A DNA stretch of 51,181 bases from NCBI GenBank assembly GCA_021323415.1, contig JAJONM010000002.1:1-51181 (forward strand), in the 5' to 3' direction. Below are positions 1 through 7,993 of the stretch, one piece after another. The notes under the pieces are model-generated. The model searched no databases and had not been told where the DNA came from. It worked only from the letters and a program-made list of their open reading frames with translations. Made by a program: the position numbers and the translations under genes. This stretch comes from Rickettsiaceae bacterium. GTDB taxonomy: Bacteria > Pseudomonadota > Alphaproteobacteria > Rickettsiales > UBA6187. Position 1 is the stretch's first letter. Each line of letters starts with the position of its first letter.

Positions 1-115
1 TTCGTATTCTATCTCCAAGAGCTTCAATGGCATTGCGCTCTGGTAATTTAGAATGTGTTGCTAAAAGAGGGCGATGGTTGTCTTGCTTTAACTCTTTATT
101 ATAATGATGTTTCAT
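1..115 (-). CDS. 5' part of a hypothetical protein running off the left edge (MKHHYNKELKQDNHRPLLATHSKLPERNAIEALGDRIR...)
   Basis: ATG at 115 on the minus strand, open to position 1, divergent from the 346 gene across an AT-rich gap; no family recognised. Confidence 0.4.
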   Translation of the reverse strand, partial: MKHHYNKELKQDNHRPLLATHSKLPERNAIEALGDRIR

Positions 116-266
116 AATATTACCATAAATTTTGTTTTGGTAATTGTTAATGTATTCTTCTGGAAGTTAAGAATTAATATGTTTTAAGGCAGTAAGCATA
201 AGGTCGTAGTACTGTAGAAAAAAGGTGTCAGAGAAGTTGATTCTTACTCAATAGTGTAAATAAATA

Positions 267-295
267 TTGACAATCTAAAGCGTATTGATTAAATA
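267..295 (+). promoter_or_regulatory. putative sigma70 promoter of the 346 ankyrin gene
   Basis: TTGACA-N17-TAAATA, 50 nt upstream of the ATG. Confidence 0.5.
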
Positions 296-345
296 CGCGC
301 GCGCAATTGGTATGTTAACAAATTAATATTTGCTGTGAAGGTAAA

Positions 346-2118
346 ATGAAAACAAAAGCTTACGATTTAAACAGCATAGACGATGCTGCAACAAAAAAGC
401 AAAGAACGGCAGATGGTTCTGTACCTACAGCTATTACCCAGCCACAGAATCAAGGTAATACATTAGATGCAATCACTTCTTCACAAAATGTCCAGAACGT
501 TGATTTAGATATATTTAGTCCTGATCCAAATGATTTTGCCATTGATGACCTGCTATATAACATAGAACCAGAGTATCAATATTATGAAGAGAGGTTTGCT
601 AGAGCCGTCCTTTATGGCGATGTTGAGACGATTAGATACTTTTTGGAGAAGAATATAAATATCGAATCTTTAGTGCCGGTTTATCAAGGTGATTTAGGGG
701 AAGGCGCCGCACTAATGGTTGCTGCAATGACAGACATTCCCAATAAAATGGAAGTTGTAAAATTGCTACTAGAGTGGAATGCAAATCCTAATGTTGACTT
801 TAAGCATGTATACAATATTAACGGTGTGCATTATGAGCATAACGAACCTTTGCTTAGCCTTTTATACAGAAAAGGTGCTGATCAGGAAATTATAGACCTG
901 ATTATAAGCAATTCTAAGCACGAAATTGTTTATAACGCATCTAAATCTTCCGCTACACCATATGGGCTATATGAAGCAGTCTCTTCAGGTTACTTAGGGC
1001 AAATTATATTCTGCTTTAAAAATGGCGTCGATATTAATGCAAAATTAGGTGAAGAAGCTACCGCACTACATATTGCTGCTAAAGAAGGGCATGCCGATAT
1101 AGCTGCTTTATTGATTGATCTTGGCGCGGATTTGGAGGCAAGAAGTGAAGTTGACGATACCCCGCTGAATTTAGCTGTTGAATATGGGCATGCCGATATA
1201 GCTACTTTGTTGATTAATCGAGGCGCAGATGTGAATGCAAAAGATTGTGTAAACTCTACACCGCTTCATAGCGCTGCTATATGTGGGGATACCAGTATTG
1301 CTGCGTTATTGATTGATCGTGGCGCATGTTTGGAGGAAAAAGGAGGTGATAGATGTTATACCCCACTTCAAACCGCTTTTGAACGTGGGAATACCAGCAT
1401 TGCAGCTTTATTGATTGAGCGTGGCGCAGATGTGAATGCAAAGACTGAAAATGGAGCTAACTTGTTGCATATTGCGGCACTGTCTGGCAAGAAAGATGCT
1501 GTCATTCTAGGTATTAAAAACAGACTAGATGTGAATGCAAAAGATAACGATGAAGAAACTCCAATAATATATTTTATATGTAGAGGTAATTTTGATGCCG
1601 ATGTACTAAAACTATTGCTTGTTGCTGGAGCTGTTGTTACAGAAAATGAGCTGAATGATGCCATAACAGAATTTGCTCCTGAAGATGTAGCAACAATACA
1701 AAGTGTTTTTATGAATGAATTCTTAGTAAAAAATAAAGATCCCGAGTCAGATGAAGTAGTCATTTCATTAAAACCAGAATTTAGAATTAATTATAATGAT
1801 AGATACAATAGGCAATTAGCAAATAGAGCAGGCGATGTGGCTTATAAAATAGTATCGGAAAAAACTACAAGCCCATTTTCACTTCTTCCGAAAGAATTGG
1901 TGCAAGAAATATTCCAGCATCTTTCCGAAAATGATATGGCTGCTTTCTTATCTGTTGCAGAGACTCCAGTTCCGCAAGAGCTCACCATTGAAGCAACAAG
2001 AATGCCATATTTATGCGAAGTTGCGCATTCGCCTGTCCTTGATAAGCTGGATAAAGCCGAAAAAACTTTTACCGCTGCATTAGAAAAAAGCCGCGCGGCT
2101 TGGCTTGAAAGGGCTTAG
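346..2118 (+). CDS. ankyrin-repeat protein with C-terminal F-box-like motif (candidate host-targeted effector)
   Basis: Many TPLHxAAxxG/GADVNAK ankyrin repeats; FSLLPKELVQEIFQHLSENDM fits the F-box consensus LPxExxxxIFxxL; basic N-terminus. Confidence 0.9.
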   Translation: MKTKAYDLNSIDDAATKKQRTADGSVPTAITQPQNQGNTLDAITSSQNVQNVDLDIFSPDPNDFAIDDLLYNIEPEYQYYEERFARAVLYGDVETIRYFLEKNINIESLVPVYQGDLGEGAALMVAAMTDIPNKMEVVKLLLEWNANPNVDFKHVYNINGVHYEHNEPLLSLLYRKGADQEIIDLIISNSKHEIVYNASKSSATPYGLYEAVSSGYLGQIIFCFKNGVDINAKLGEEATALHIAAKEGHADIAALLIDLGADLEARSEVDDTPLNLAVEYGHADIATLLINRGADVNAKDCVNSTPLHSAAICGDTSIAALLIDRGACLEEKGGDRCYTPLQTAFERGNTSIAALLIERGADVNAKTENGANLLHIAALSGKKDAVILGIKNRLDVNAKDNDEETPIIYFICRGNFDADVLKLLLVAGAVVTENELNDAITEFAPEDVATIQSVFMNEFLVKNKDPESDEVVISLKPEFRINYNDRYNRQLANRAGDVAYKIVSEKTTSPFSLLPKELVQEIFQHLSENDMAAFLSVAETPVPQELTIEATRMPYLCEVAHSPVLDKLDKAEKTFTAALEKSRAAWLERA

Positions 2119-2169
2119 ACCTAAGCACAGGAATGGATATTCCCCTTTCATGCCCTTTCGTTTTTCGTC

Positions 2170-2542
2170 ATCCAAACAGGGAAACCCCCGCCTATGGCGG
2201 GGGGACTGGCCCGTTTGACGTATGCGTCAGTAATTTTTACAATAAATAGCCTGTGAAGAAGCCAGTTTATATAATGTTGTTATTATGGGGACGTCATGCT
2301 GCGGCTCGACCGCAGTATCGAGGTAAAAATAAATAAAGCCATTTTGAAAAAATGACATGTTAAATAAGGGCACCTGGATCCTATGGTCTACGCCATAGGA
2401 TGACGTCGCACAACATGAAAACCTATGCTTGTAATTGAGTTAGAGGTGGACAAATACTCAGACCAAATCACATTATTGGGCTAATTTAACCCGCCTTGGG
2501 CGGTTCATATTCAGGCCTCCGGCTTTGCCGGAGGTAATTGAG
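2170..2542 (+). mobile_element. non-autonomous IS200/IS605-type remnant (left-end and right-end hairpins, transposase lost)
   Basis: Left hairpin CCCCCGCC-TAT-GGCGGGGG then ...GTTTGAC; right end AACCGCC-TTG-GGCGGTT plus CCTCCGGC-TTT-GCCGGAGG-TAATTGA, preceded by a TnpA-like C-terminal remnant EVDKYSDQITLLG-stop. Confidence 0.55.
2290..2407. repeat. Rickettsia RPE-4-like (CGTC-tagged) palindromic element
   Basis: GACGTCATGCTGCGGCTCGACCGCAGTATC ... GGATCCTATGGTCTACGCCATAGGATGACGTC: terminal inverted repeat with a hairpin in each arm. Confidence 0.7.
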
Positions 2543-2544
2543 CC

Positions 2545-2608
2545 CCTGGATAGCTCGCTTTTCTTGCTACTCACTTTGTTCGGAGAGAAAATCGACTTCC
2601 AGGATGAC
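2545..2608. repeat. right half of palindromic family A (GTCATCCTGGAA...TTCCAGGATGAC)
   Basis: CCTGGATAGCTCGCTTTTCTT...GAGAAAATCGACTTCCAGGATGAC closely matches 5356-5420. Confidence 0.8.
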
Positions 2609-2656
2609 GCCAGCATTATTTCACTTTTGCACTTCACCCAACCAAGGAGTCCCACC

Positions 2657-4018
2657 ATGGACAACCTAACCAATTTTATTGCCAAAACCTTTGCTACAGT
2701 AGACCCCGGCACTGATTACCTGCCCAACTGGCATATCGATATGATCGCCGATAAACTAGAGCAAGCCGCCGAAGGCAAAATCAAACGGTTGATAATCAAC
2801 GTGCCGCCGCGCAGTTTAAAATCGATTTCGGTAAGTGTTGCATGGTCTGCATGGTTACTGGGTAAAAATCCTTCGGCCAAAATTATGGCGGCAAGTTACA
2901 GCCAGCAGCTTAGCTATAAGCATTCGCTTGATTGCCGTTTGGTGATGGAATCGGATTGGTATAAAGAAATGTGCCCCGATACTATAATTGCCAAAGGCGA
3001 AAACCAGAAAGCAAAATTCGTAACTACCAAGCGGGGATTCCGTTTTGCGACGTCAGTTGGCGGCACAGCAACAGGCGAGGGCGGTGATTTCCTGATTGTC
3101 GATGATCCACTCAATGTCAGTCAGGCCGCCAGCGATATCCTACGCAACAAAGCCAATGACTGGTTCGATCAAACCTTCATGACCCGTCTGAACAATAAAA
3201 AAACCGGCGTGATAGTAGTAGTTATGCAGCGTTTGCATGTTGATGACTTAACCGGCCATTTACTTAAAAAGAAGGGCTGGGAGTTGCTATGTCTGCCTGC
3301 GGTTGCTGAAGAAACCGCAACTTATCCAATCGGAGATAAAACATACACAAGACAGGCAGGCGATTTATTACACCCCGCCCGTGAAGATTGGCCGGAAATG
3401 GAACTGGCTAAGGAAGATTTGGGTTCCTGGGCATTTTCGGCACAATACCAGCAAGCGCCAGTACCACTCGATGGCGGCATGGTAAACCTTAAGTGGTTCC
3501 AGCGCTACAACACTCCGCCGGGGGAGGGGCGCATTGTGCAAAGCTGGGATACGGCCATCAAAGCTGGTGGCAATAACGATTTTAGCGTCTGCACCACATG
3601 GCTGGAAGGTGAAAAAGCATTCTACCTGCTTGATGTAATGGCCTTCAAAGCTGAATACCCTGAGCTGAAACGTAAAACTATCTCAATGGCCCAAAAATGG
3701 GATCCTGACGTAATCCTGATAGAAGACAAAGCCAGCGGCCAATCGCTTATCCAGGATTTACGCCGTGAAAGCAAATTGGTCATTATACCAATCAAATGTA
3801 ACGACAGCAAAACCATGCGCTTTTCCAGAGTAACAACTTACATAGAAGGCGAAAAAGTATACTTACCTGAAAGAAGCGCATGGCTAGCTGATTATGAAGC
3901 TGAAATGATGGCTTTCCCAAATGGCGCTCATGACGACATGGTCGATTCAACCAGCCAGTTCCTTAACTGGATTAGGGCAAAAGAGAATAGACTGAAACCT
4001 AGTATAAAAGTATTTTAA
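2657..4018 (+). CDS. terL: phage/GTA-type terminase large subunit (solitary)
   Basis: LIINVPPRSLKS Walker A region, LIVDDP Walker B, VMQRLH, SWDTA, IEDKASG and HDDMVDS nuclease motifs; start moved to ATG 2657 behind AAGGAG because the upstream frame runs through repeats. Confidence 0.9.
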   Translation: MDNLTNFIAKTFATVDPGTDYLPNWHIDMIADKLEQAAEGKIKRLIINVPPRSLKSISVSVAWSAWLLGKNPSAKIMAASYSQQLSYKHSLDCRLVMESDWYKEMCPDTIIAKGENQKAKFVTTKRGFRFATSVGGTATGEGGDFLIVDDPLNVSQAASDILRNKANDWFDQTFMTRLNNKKTGVIVVVMQRLHVDDLTGHLLKKKGWELLCLPAVAEETATYPIGDKTYTRQAGDLLHPAREDWPEMELAKEDLGSWAFSAQYQQAPVPLDGGMVNLKWFQRYNTPPGEGRIVQSWDTAIKAGGNNDFSVCTTWLEGEKAFYLLDVMAFKAEYPELKRKTISMAQKWDPDVILIEDKASGQSLIQDLRRESKLVIIPIKCNDSKTMRFSRVTTYIEGEKVYLPERSAWLADYEAEMMAFPNGAHDDMVDSTSQFLNWIRAKENRLKPSIKVF

Positions 4019-4167
4019 GTAACAAAAACCTAGCGTTCGTTGATTCTTTAAAAATTAATATTTTAATATATTCTTGATAATGTGTATAAATTATGCTACA
4101 TGACGTAAATGTAATATTGGCATAATCAAATACTGCGCAGATAGGTAAGTAAATTTAGGAGTGAAAA

Positions 4168-5229
4168 ATGAAAAGAAAAAATGAATTTAATGAAACTGAA
4201 AGAAATGTAAAAGCCAGAACGGATGCGAATAATCCATTAATTCCTGTATTTTTGCCTGGGGCAATGCCAGTAATACCTTTGCATCAGCTAACAGTTGGAG
4301 AGCCAACTCTGCACCAGGCCGCTAAAGCCGGTAATATAACCATGCTGCACAGGCCGATTGCAGAAAAAGGAAATTTAGATGCTCTAGATGCTGAGGGCGG
4401 GACTGCACTCATGTATGCAGCTCGATATGGTCGCACAGATGCTGCTATCTGGCTAATTCAAAGTGGCGCGAAAATAAACGCCGTTGGAAAAAATAATTAT
4501 ACTGCACTACATGTAGCCGCAGGAACTAGTAATGCCGCTACTATGCTTATGCTTATTGGTTTTGGTGCAGATATGAAGGCAAAGACTAATATCGGTTACA
4601 CGCCACTACATGTTGCTGCCCAATATGGCAGAACAGAGACTGCTGCTTTGCTGATTGATAAAGGCGCAAGTGTGGATGCAAAGAATGATCGAGATTCGAC
4701 ACCACTACATATTGCTGCTCAAAATGGCCACACAGGCGTTGCGGAGTTATTAATTAAGAACAGCGCAGATGTTAATGCAAGAGCTAAAGGTGATTTTACG
4801 CCACTACATATTGCTGCTCAAAATGGCCACACAGGCGTTGCGGAGTTATTAATTAAGAACAGCGCAGATGTTAATGCAAAAGATAAAAATGATGTTACGC
4901 CACTGCTTGTTGCTGCTTTCCATGGCAAGACAGAAATCATTACTTTATTACTGAGCAAAGATGCTGATCCTAAAATAAAGGATAAGCGTGGCAAAACAGC
5001 ATATGAATACGCCGCCGAAAAAGGCCATGCAGCAATTCAGGAGTTACTGCTCGATGCAATTGTAAAAAAAGAGTCTGTAACTGTCACACCTGACCAGGAG
5101 CCGCAACCGACTCCGCCTTCACCACCAAGCTTTGCTGAGAGAATAAAGGAAGAAGAAATTTTTGATGCACTTATAGTTGATGAAAAGGGTGAAGGACAGG
5201 AAAAGCCTTCGGATTCTAGGGGTAGGTAA
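4168..5229 (+). CDS. ankyrin-repeat protein (about 8 repeats), candidate effector without F-box
   Basis: Canonical TPLHIAAQNGH repeats; AGGAG RBS; N-terminus MKRKNEFNETERNVKART resembles the 9725/10924 genes; ends SRGR. Confidence 0.9.
   Translation: MKRKNEFNETERNVKARTDANNPLIPVFLPGAMPVIPLHQLTVGEPTLHQAAKAGNITMLHRPIAEKGNLDALDAEGGTALMYAARYGRTDAAIWLIQSGAKINAVGKNNYTALHVAAGTSNAATMLMLIGFGADMKAKTNIGYTPLHVAAQYGRTETAALLIDKGASVDAKNDRDSTPLHIAAQNGHTGVAELLIKNSADVNARAKGDFTPLHIAAQNGHTGVAELLIKNSADVNAKDKNDVTPLLVAAFHGKTEIITLLLSKDADPKIKDKRGKTAYEYAAEKGHAAIQELLLDAIVKKESVTVTPDQEPQPTPPSPPSFAERIKEEEIFDALIVDEKGEGQEKPSDSRGR
4702..4879 (+). repeat. recent tandem duplication of one ankyrin repeat (99-bp period)
   Basis: 4702-4780 and 4801-4879 are identical over 79 nt. 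Confidence 0.9.
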
Positions 5230-5260
5230 GCTGTTGTTATAATTGGCCACAAGTGTTATA

Positions 5261-5420
5261 GTCATCCTGGAATTAAGAAAATCTTAGGCCACTCTTAGGC
5301 ATTAGATTTTCCTAATACCAAGGATCCAGGTCTTTATAATAAAATAACCTGGATCCTGGATAGCTCGCTTTTCTTACTGCTTGTGAAGAACTCGCAGAGA
5401 AAATCGGCTTCCAGGATGAC
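5261..5420. repeat. full palindromic family A element (160 bp)
   Basis: GTCATCCTGGAA...TTCCAGGATGAC termini, central GGATCCAGG/CCTGGATCC stem, side hairpins. Confidence 0.85.
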
Positions 5421-5481
5421 GCCTAGATTTGAAGTTTGCATATTGTGATATTTATCGTGCTTAACCAAAGCAACAAATACT

Positions 5482-5577
5482 GGTAGACGAAAACTCAGAA
5501 CGAATCCCATTATTTGGTTAATTTAACCGCCTTGGGCGGTGCACATTCAGGCCTCTGGCTTTGCCAGAGGTAATTGA
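5482..5577 (+). mobile_element. second IS200/IS605-type right-end remnant
   Basis: About 96-bp homology to 2445-2541 including a TnpA-like tail (QQILVDENSERIPLFG-stop) and both hairpins, with a compensatory C-G to T-A change. Confidence 0.6.
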
Positions 5578-5619
5578 TACCTCAAGACCTCGGCCAATCT
5601 CGATAATTTAAAGACCTGC

Positions 5620-7197
5620 CTAAATCTCATCAATCTGCTCAGGAAGTAAGAACTTCTTGGCGTATTTGAGGTAAATTTTTTCTTTAATAAACAGGTCAAA
5701 TATATCCGGGTCGATGTGGTTTTCATCGCGCATTTTTGTCATGATGGCAATGGACTCGGAAAGCTTTTTCGGTTTCTTATATGGCCTGTCATAGGCAGTA
5801 AGCGCCTCAAAAATATCGGCAACCGCCATCATACGTGCAGGTACAGACATTTCTTCACGCGTCAGTCCTTTAGGGAATCCCGTGCCATCCATTTTTTCGT
5901 GGTGGCCGCCGGCATATTCAGGTACGCGTTGCAGGTTTTTAGGAAATGGCAGTGAATTTAGCATATCGATAGTTACATCAATATGGCTGTTTATGATCTG
6001 ACGCTCTTCTTCATTTATCGTGCCTTTCCTGATGCTTAAGTTAGCTAGTTCATCTTTTGTAAGGAGTTTTGATGTTTTAATTTTCTCGCCATTTAATGTT
6101 TGGTTCCATTTGTAATTGGCTATCTGCTTCAGGCGTTTTAATTTTGCATCGTCAACATACTCACTGCCTTTATTCATGCTTTGAATAAACTGCCAATCAC
6201 TTTTTAACTGTTTTAATTGTTGTTTGTACTCAGCAGCTTTTATTTGCTTCCTAAGGTGAGCAATTTCAAGGTCACGGGCTACAGTTTCAAACCGTGCGTG
6301 AATTGCATTGATACGGTCATAAGTAGTTTCTAATTTTGTCGCCTTATCAAGTATGGTAAGCGGAATTGTGAGCTTGCCGCAATCATGGAGCCATGAAGCC
6401 ACACGAAGCTCGTAAAGCTCCTCGCTATCCATATGGAAATCCCTAAAATAGCCATCTTTCTGTTTAATTGCAGCTTTGGCAATCATTTCAGTAAGCACTG
6501 GAATTGCCTGGCAATGGTTACTGGTGTGCGATGATTTAGCGTCAATTGCCAGCGCGAGCATTTTTATAATGCCTTCAAGGATATTGCGCTGCTCATCTTT
6601 AAGCGTTTGGTTTTCAATTGAAACTGCAGCTTGCGATGCAAGTGATTCGATAAGGCTTTCAATTTCCTTGCTAAACGGAATTATACGCCCTTGCTTGTTT
6701 TTAGCATTCACCAGATGTATTACGCCTAGGACTTCATTTTTCTGGTTAGTAATTGGCACTGCCAAAACTGAAACAGGGATATATTCTGCAATGCTGTTAA
6801 ATATTGAACCTTGAGCAAAATGGCTGAAAAACTTCAGGTTGCGGATGTTCAAAGATTGTTTTTGAATGGCAACGTAAACCGGTATTAATTTTTTATCAGG
6901 ACGGCCAGAACGTGAATATAGTTTTATCGGCGGAACCTGTACCTGCTCACCGTCGTCATCGGATGAAGTGCCGCCAAAAGTAACTCCAAGTGAAGTAGAT
7001 TGTGCGATGCTGCATTTTAACTTATCGCCTTCAAGTAAATATAACGCGCCATTATCGGCATTACTGATTGATTTTGCTTTTTCAAGGATGCGCTCAAGCA
7101 GGCGGTTTATGTCATCTTCAGTAGATAAAGCCAGCCCAACTTCGTTGAGTTTATTTATCGTTTCGGTATATTTTTTCTTTAATTTAAAAAACATCAT
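5620..7197 (-). CDS. GAF + HD-GYP metal-dependent phosphohydrolase (c-di-GMP phosphodiesterase family)
   Basis: GAF domain (VSVLAVPITNQKNEVLGVIHLVN), WLHDCGK, HHEKMDGTGFPKGL, VADIFEALTAYDRPYK. Confidence 0.9.
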   Translation of the reverse strand: MMFFKLKKKYTETINKLNEVGLALSTEDDINRLLERILEKAKSISNADNGALYLLEGDKLKCSIAQSTSLGVTFGGTSSDDDGEQVQVPPIKLYSRSGRPDKKLIPVYVAIQKQSLNIRNLKFFSHFAQGSIFNSIAEYIPVSVLAVPITNQKNEVLGVIHLVNAKNKQGRIIPFSKEIESLIESLASQAAVSIENQTLKDEQRNILEGIIKMLALAIDAKSSHTSNHCQAIPVLTEMIAKAAIKQKDGYFRDFHMDSEELYELRVASWLHDCGKLTIPLTILDKATKLETTYDRINAIHARFETVARDLEIAHLRKQIKAAEYKQQLKQLKSDWQFIQSMNKGSEYVDDAKLKRLKQIANYKWNQTLNGEKIKTSKLLTKDELANLSIRKGTINEEERQIINSHIDVTIDMLNSLPFPKNLQRVPEYAGGHHEKMDGTGFPKGLTREEMSVPARMMAVADIFEALTAYDRPYKKPKKLSESIAIMTKMRDENHIDPDIFDLFIKEKIYLKYAKKFLLPEQIDEI

Positions 7198-7286
7198 GTG
7201 CCAATAAGATTGTTAACGTATTGTAAAATGTATTTCTTTTGTAACTTCTCCTGCTTAATATTGAAGGAGTCGGTTCTGTAAAAATT

Positions 7287-7440
7287 GTCATCCTGGAATT
7301 CTAGAAAATCTTAGGACATTCTTAGTCCTTAGATTTTGTTAATATCCAGGATCCAGGTTTTCTTATTTAAAAAGACCTGGATCCTGGATAGCTTATTTTG
7401 TAACGCCTATCGGCTAGCAAAATATAGCTTCCAGGATGAT
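7287..7440. repeat. full palindromic family A element
   Basis: GTCATCCTGGAATT..GAAAATCTTAGG..GGATCCAGG..CCTGGATCCTGGATAGCT..TTCCAGGATGAT; homologous to 5261-5420. Confidence 0.85.
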
Positions 7441-7490
7441 GGCTCTGAGAACCGTCATCAATACAAAGTGAACACCCCATAATGGGAAAG

Positions 7491-7642
7491 TTATCCAAGA
7501 CGATAGGGTAGTGTAAATTTGGATTGTTGTAAATAATCAGAAATAGAAAAATAAGAATAGTTTATCTATTTTCGGTTGATAACTTTTTTATGCACATAGT
7601 CGCCAGTAGCTTAGTGGATAATATTAAACAAACTTCTCCACA
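7491..7642. promoter_or_regulatory. cluster of DnaA-box-like 9-mers
   Basis: TTATGCACA (7588, fits TTWTNCACA), TTCTCCACA (7634), AGTGGATAA (7613), GGTTGATAA (7574), TTATCCAAG (7491). Confidence 0.35.
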
Positions 7643-7687
7643 ATTCTTAATAATAGTAAATAATTAGTATATATTACTCGATCAAAG

Positions 7688-7764
7688 GGAGCGTGAGAAG
7701 CAATCTGCTATCAATTTAGCGAGATTGCTTCCTCGCACTCCTTGCGGTCGGCTCATGCAATGAT
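7688..7764. repeat. degenerate RPE-like palindromic element (GAAGCAATCT...AGATTGCTTC type)
   Basis: GAGAAGCAATCT-N15-AGATTGCTTCCTCGC...GCAATGATG resembles the alphaproteobacterial GTCATTGCGAG palindrome family. Confidence 0.55.
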
Positions 7765-7993
7765 GGCAAATGCTAAAGATATAAGTACCCAAAGTGAGGC
7801 GTCCTATAATTTTTCTACTACCCGAACTATTATCACATTGCTTAACCGCATGTATTTCTTTATAAATTATTTAAATAATAATTACTTAATAAATTAACTA
7901 ATCCCTTGCTTTGCTTCACAGAACGTGTTACAAGACGTACACATTTGTAATGCTGAATAAAAGTGAAAATAAGTAGGAAAACTGAGGTTTAGA

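Noticed and set aside
2525-2656. N-terminal extension of the terminase ORF
   Set aside because: Runs through IS-end and palindrome sequence; a strong AAGGAG RBS precedes ATG 2657
2657-4018. Prophage
   Set aside because: No other phage structural, integrase or lysis genes in the window
4118-4136. TGGCA-starting sequences as sigma54 promoters (also near 33274 and 46128)
   Set aside because: None has GC exactly 10 nt after the GG
7491-7680. Firm oriC call
   Set aside because: Only one box fits the consensus, no hemE, dnaA or parAB context, and skew cannot be computed here; kept only as a tentative cluster
4074-7940. Dedicated effector-gene promoter motif (TGYTACA.GACGTA upstream of 4168 and 7994)
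   Set aside because: Overlaps the -10 position 17 bp after TTG-type -35 boxes and fits the ordinary alphaproteobacterial sigma70 pattern; too few examples to claim a regulon
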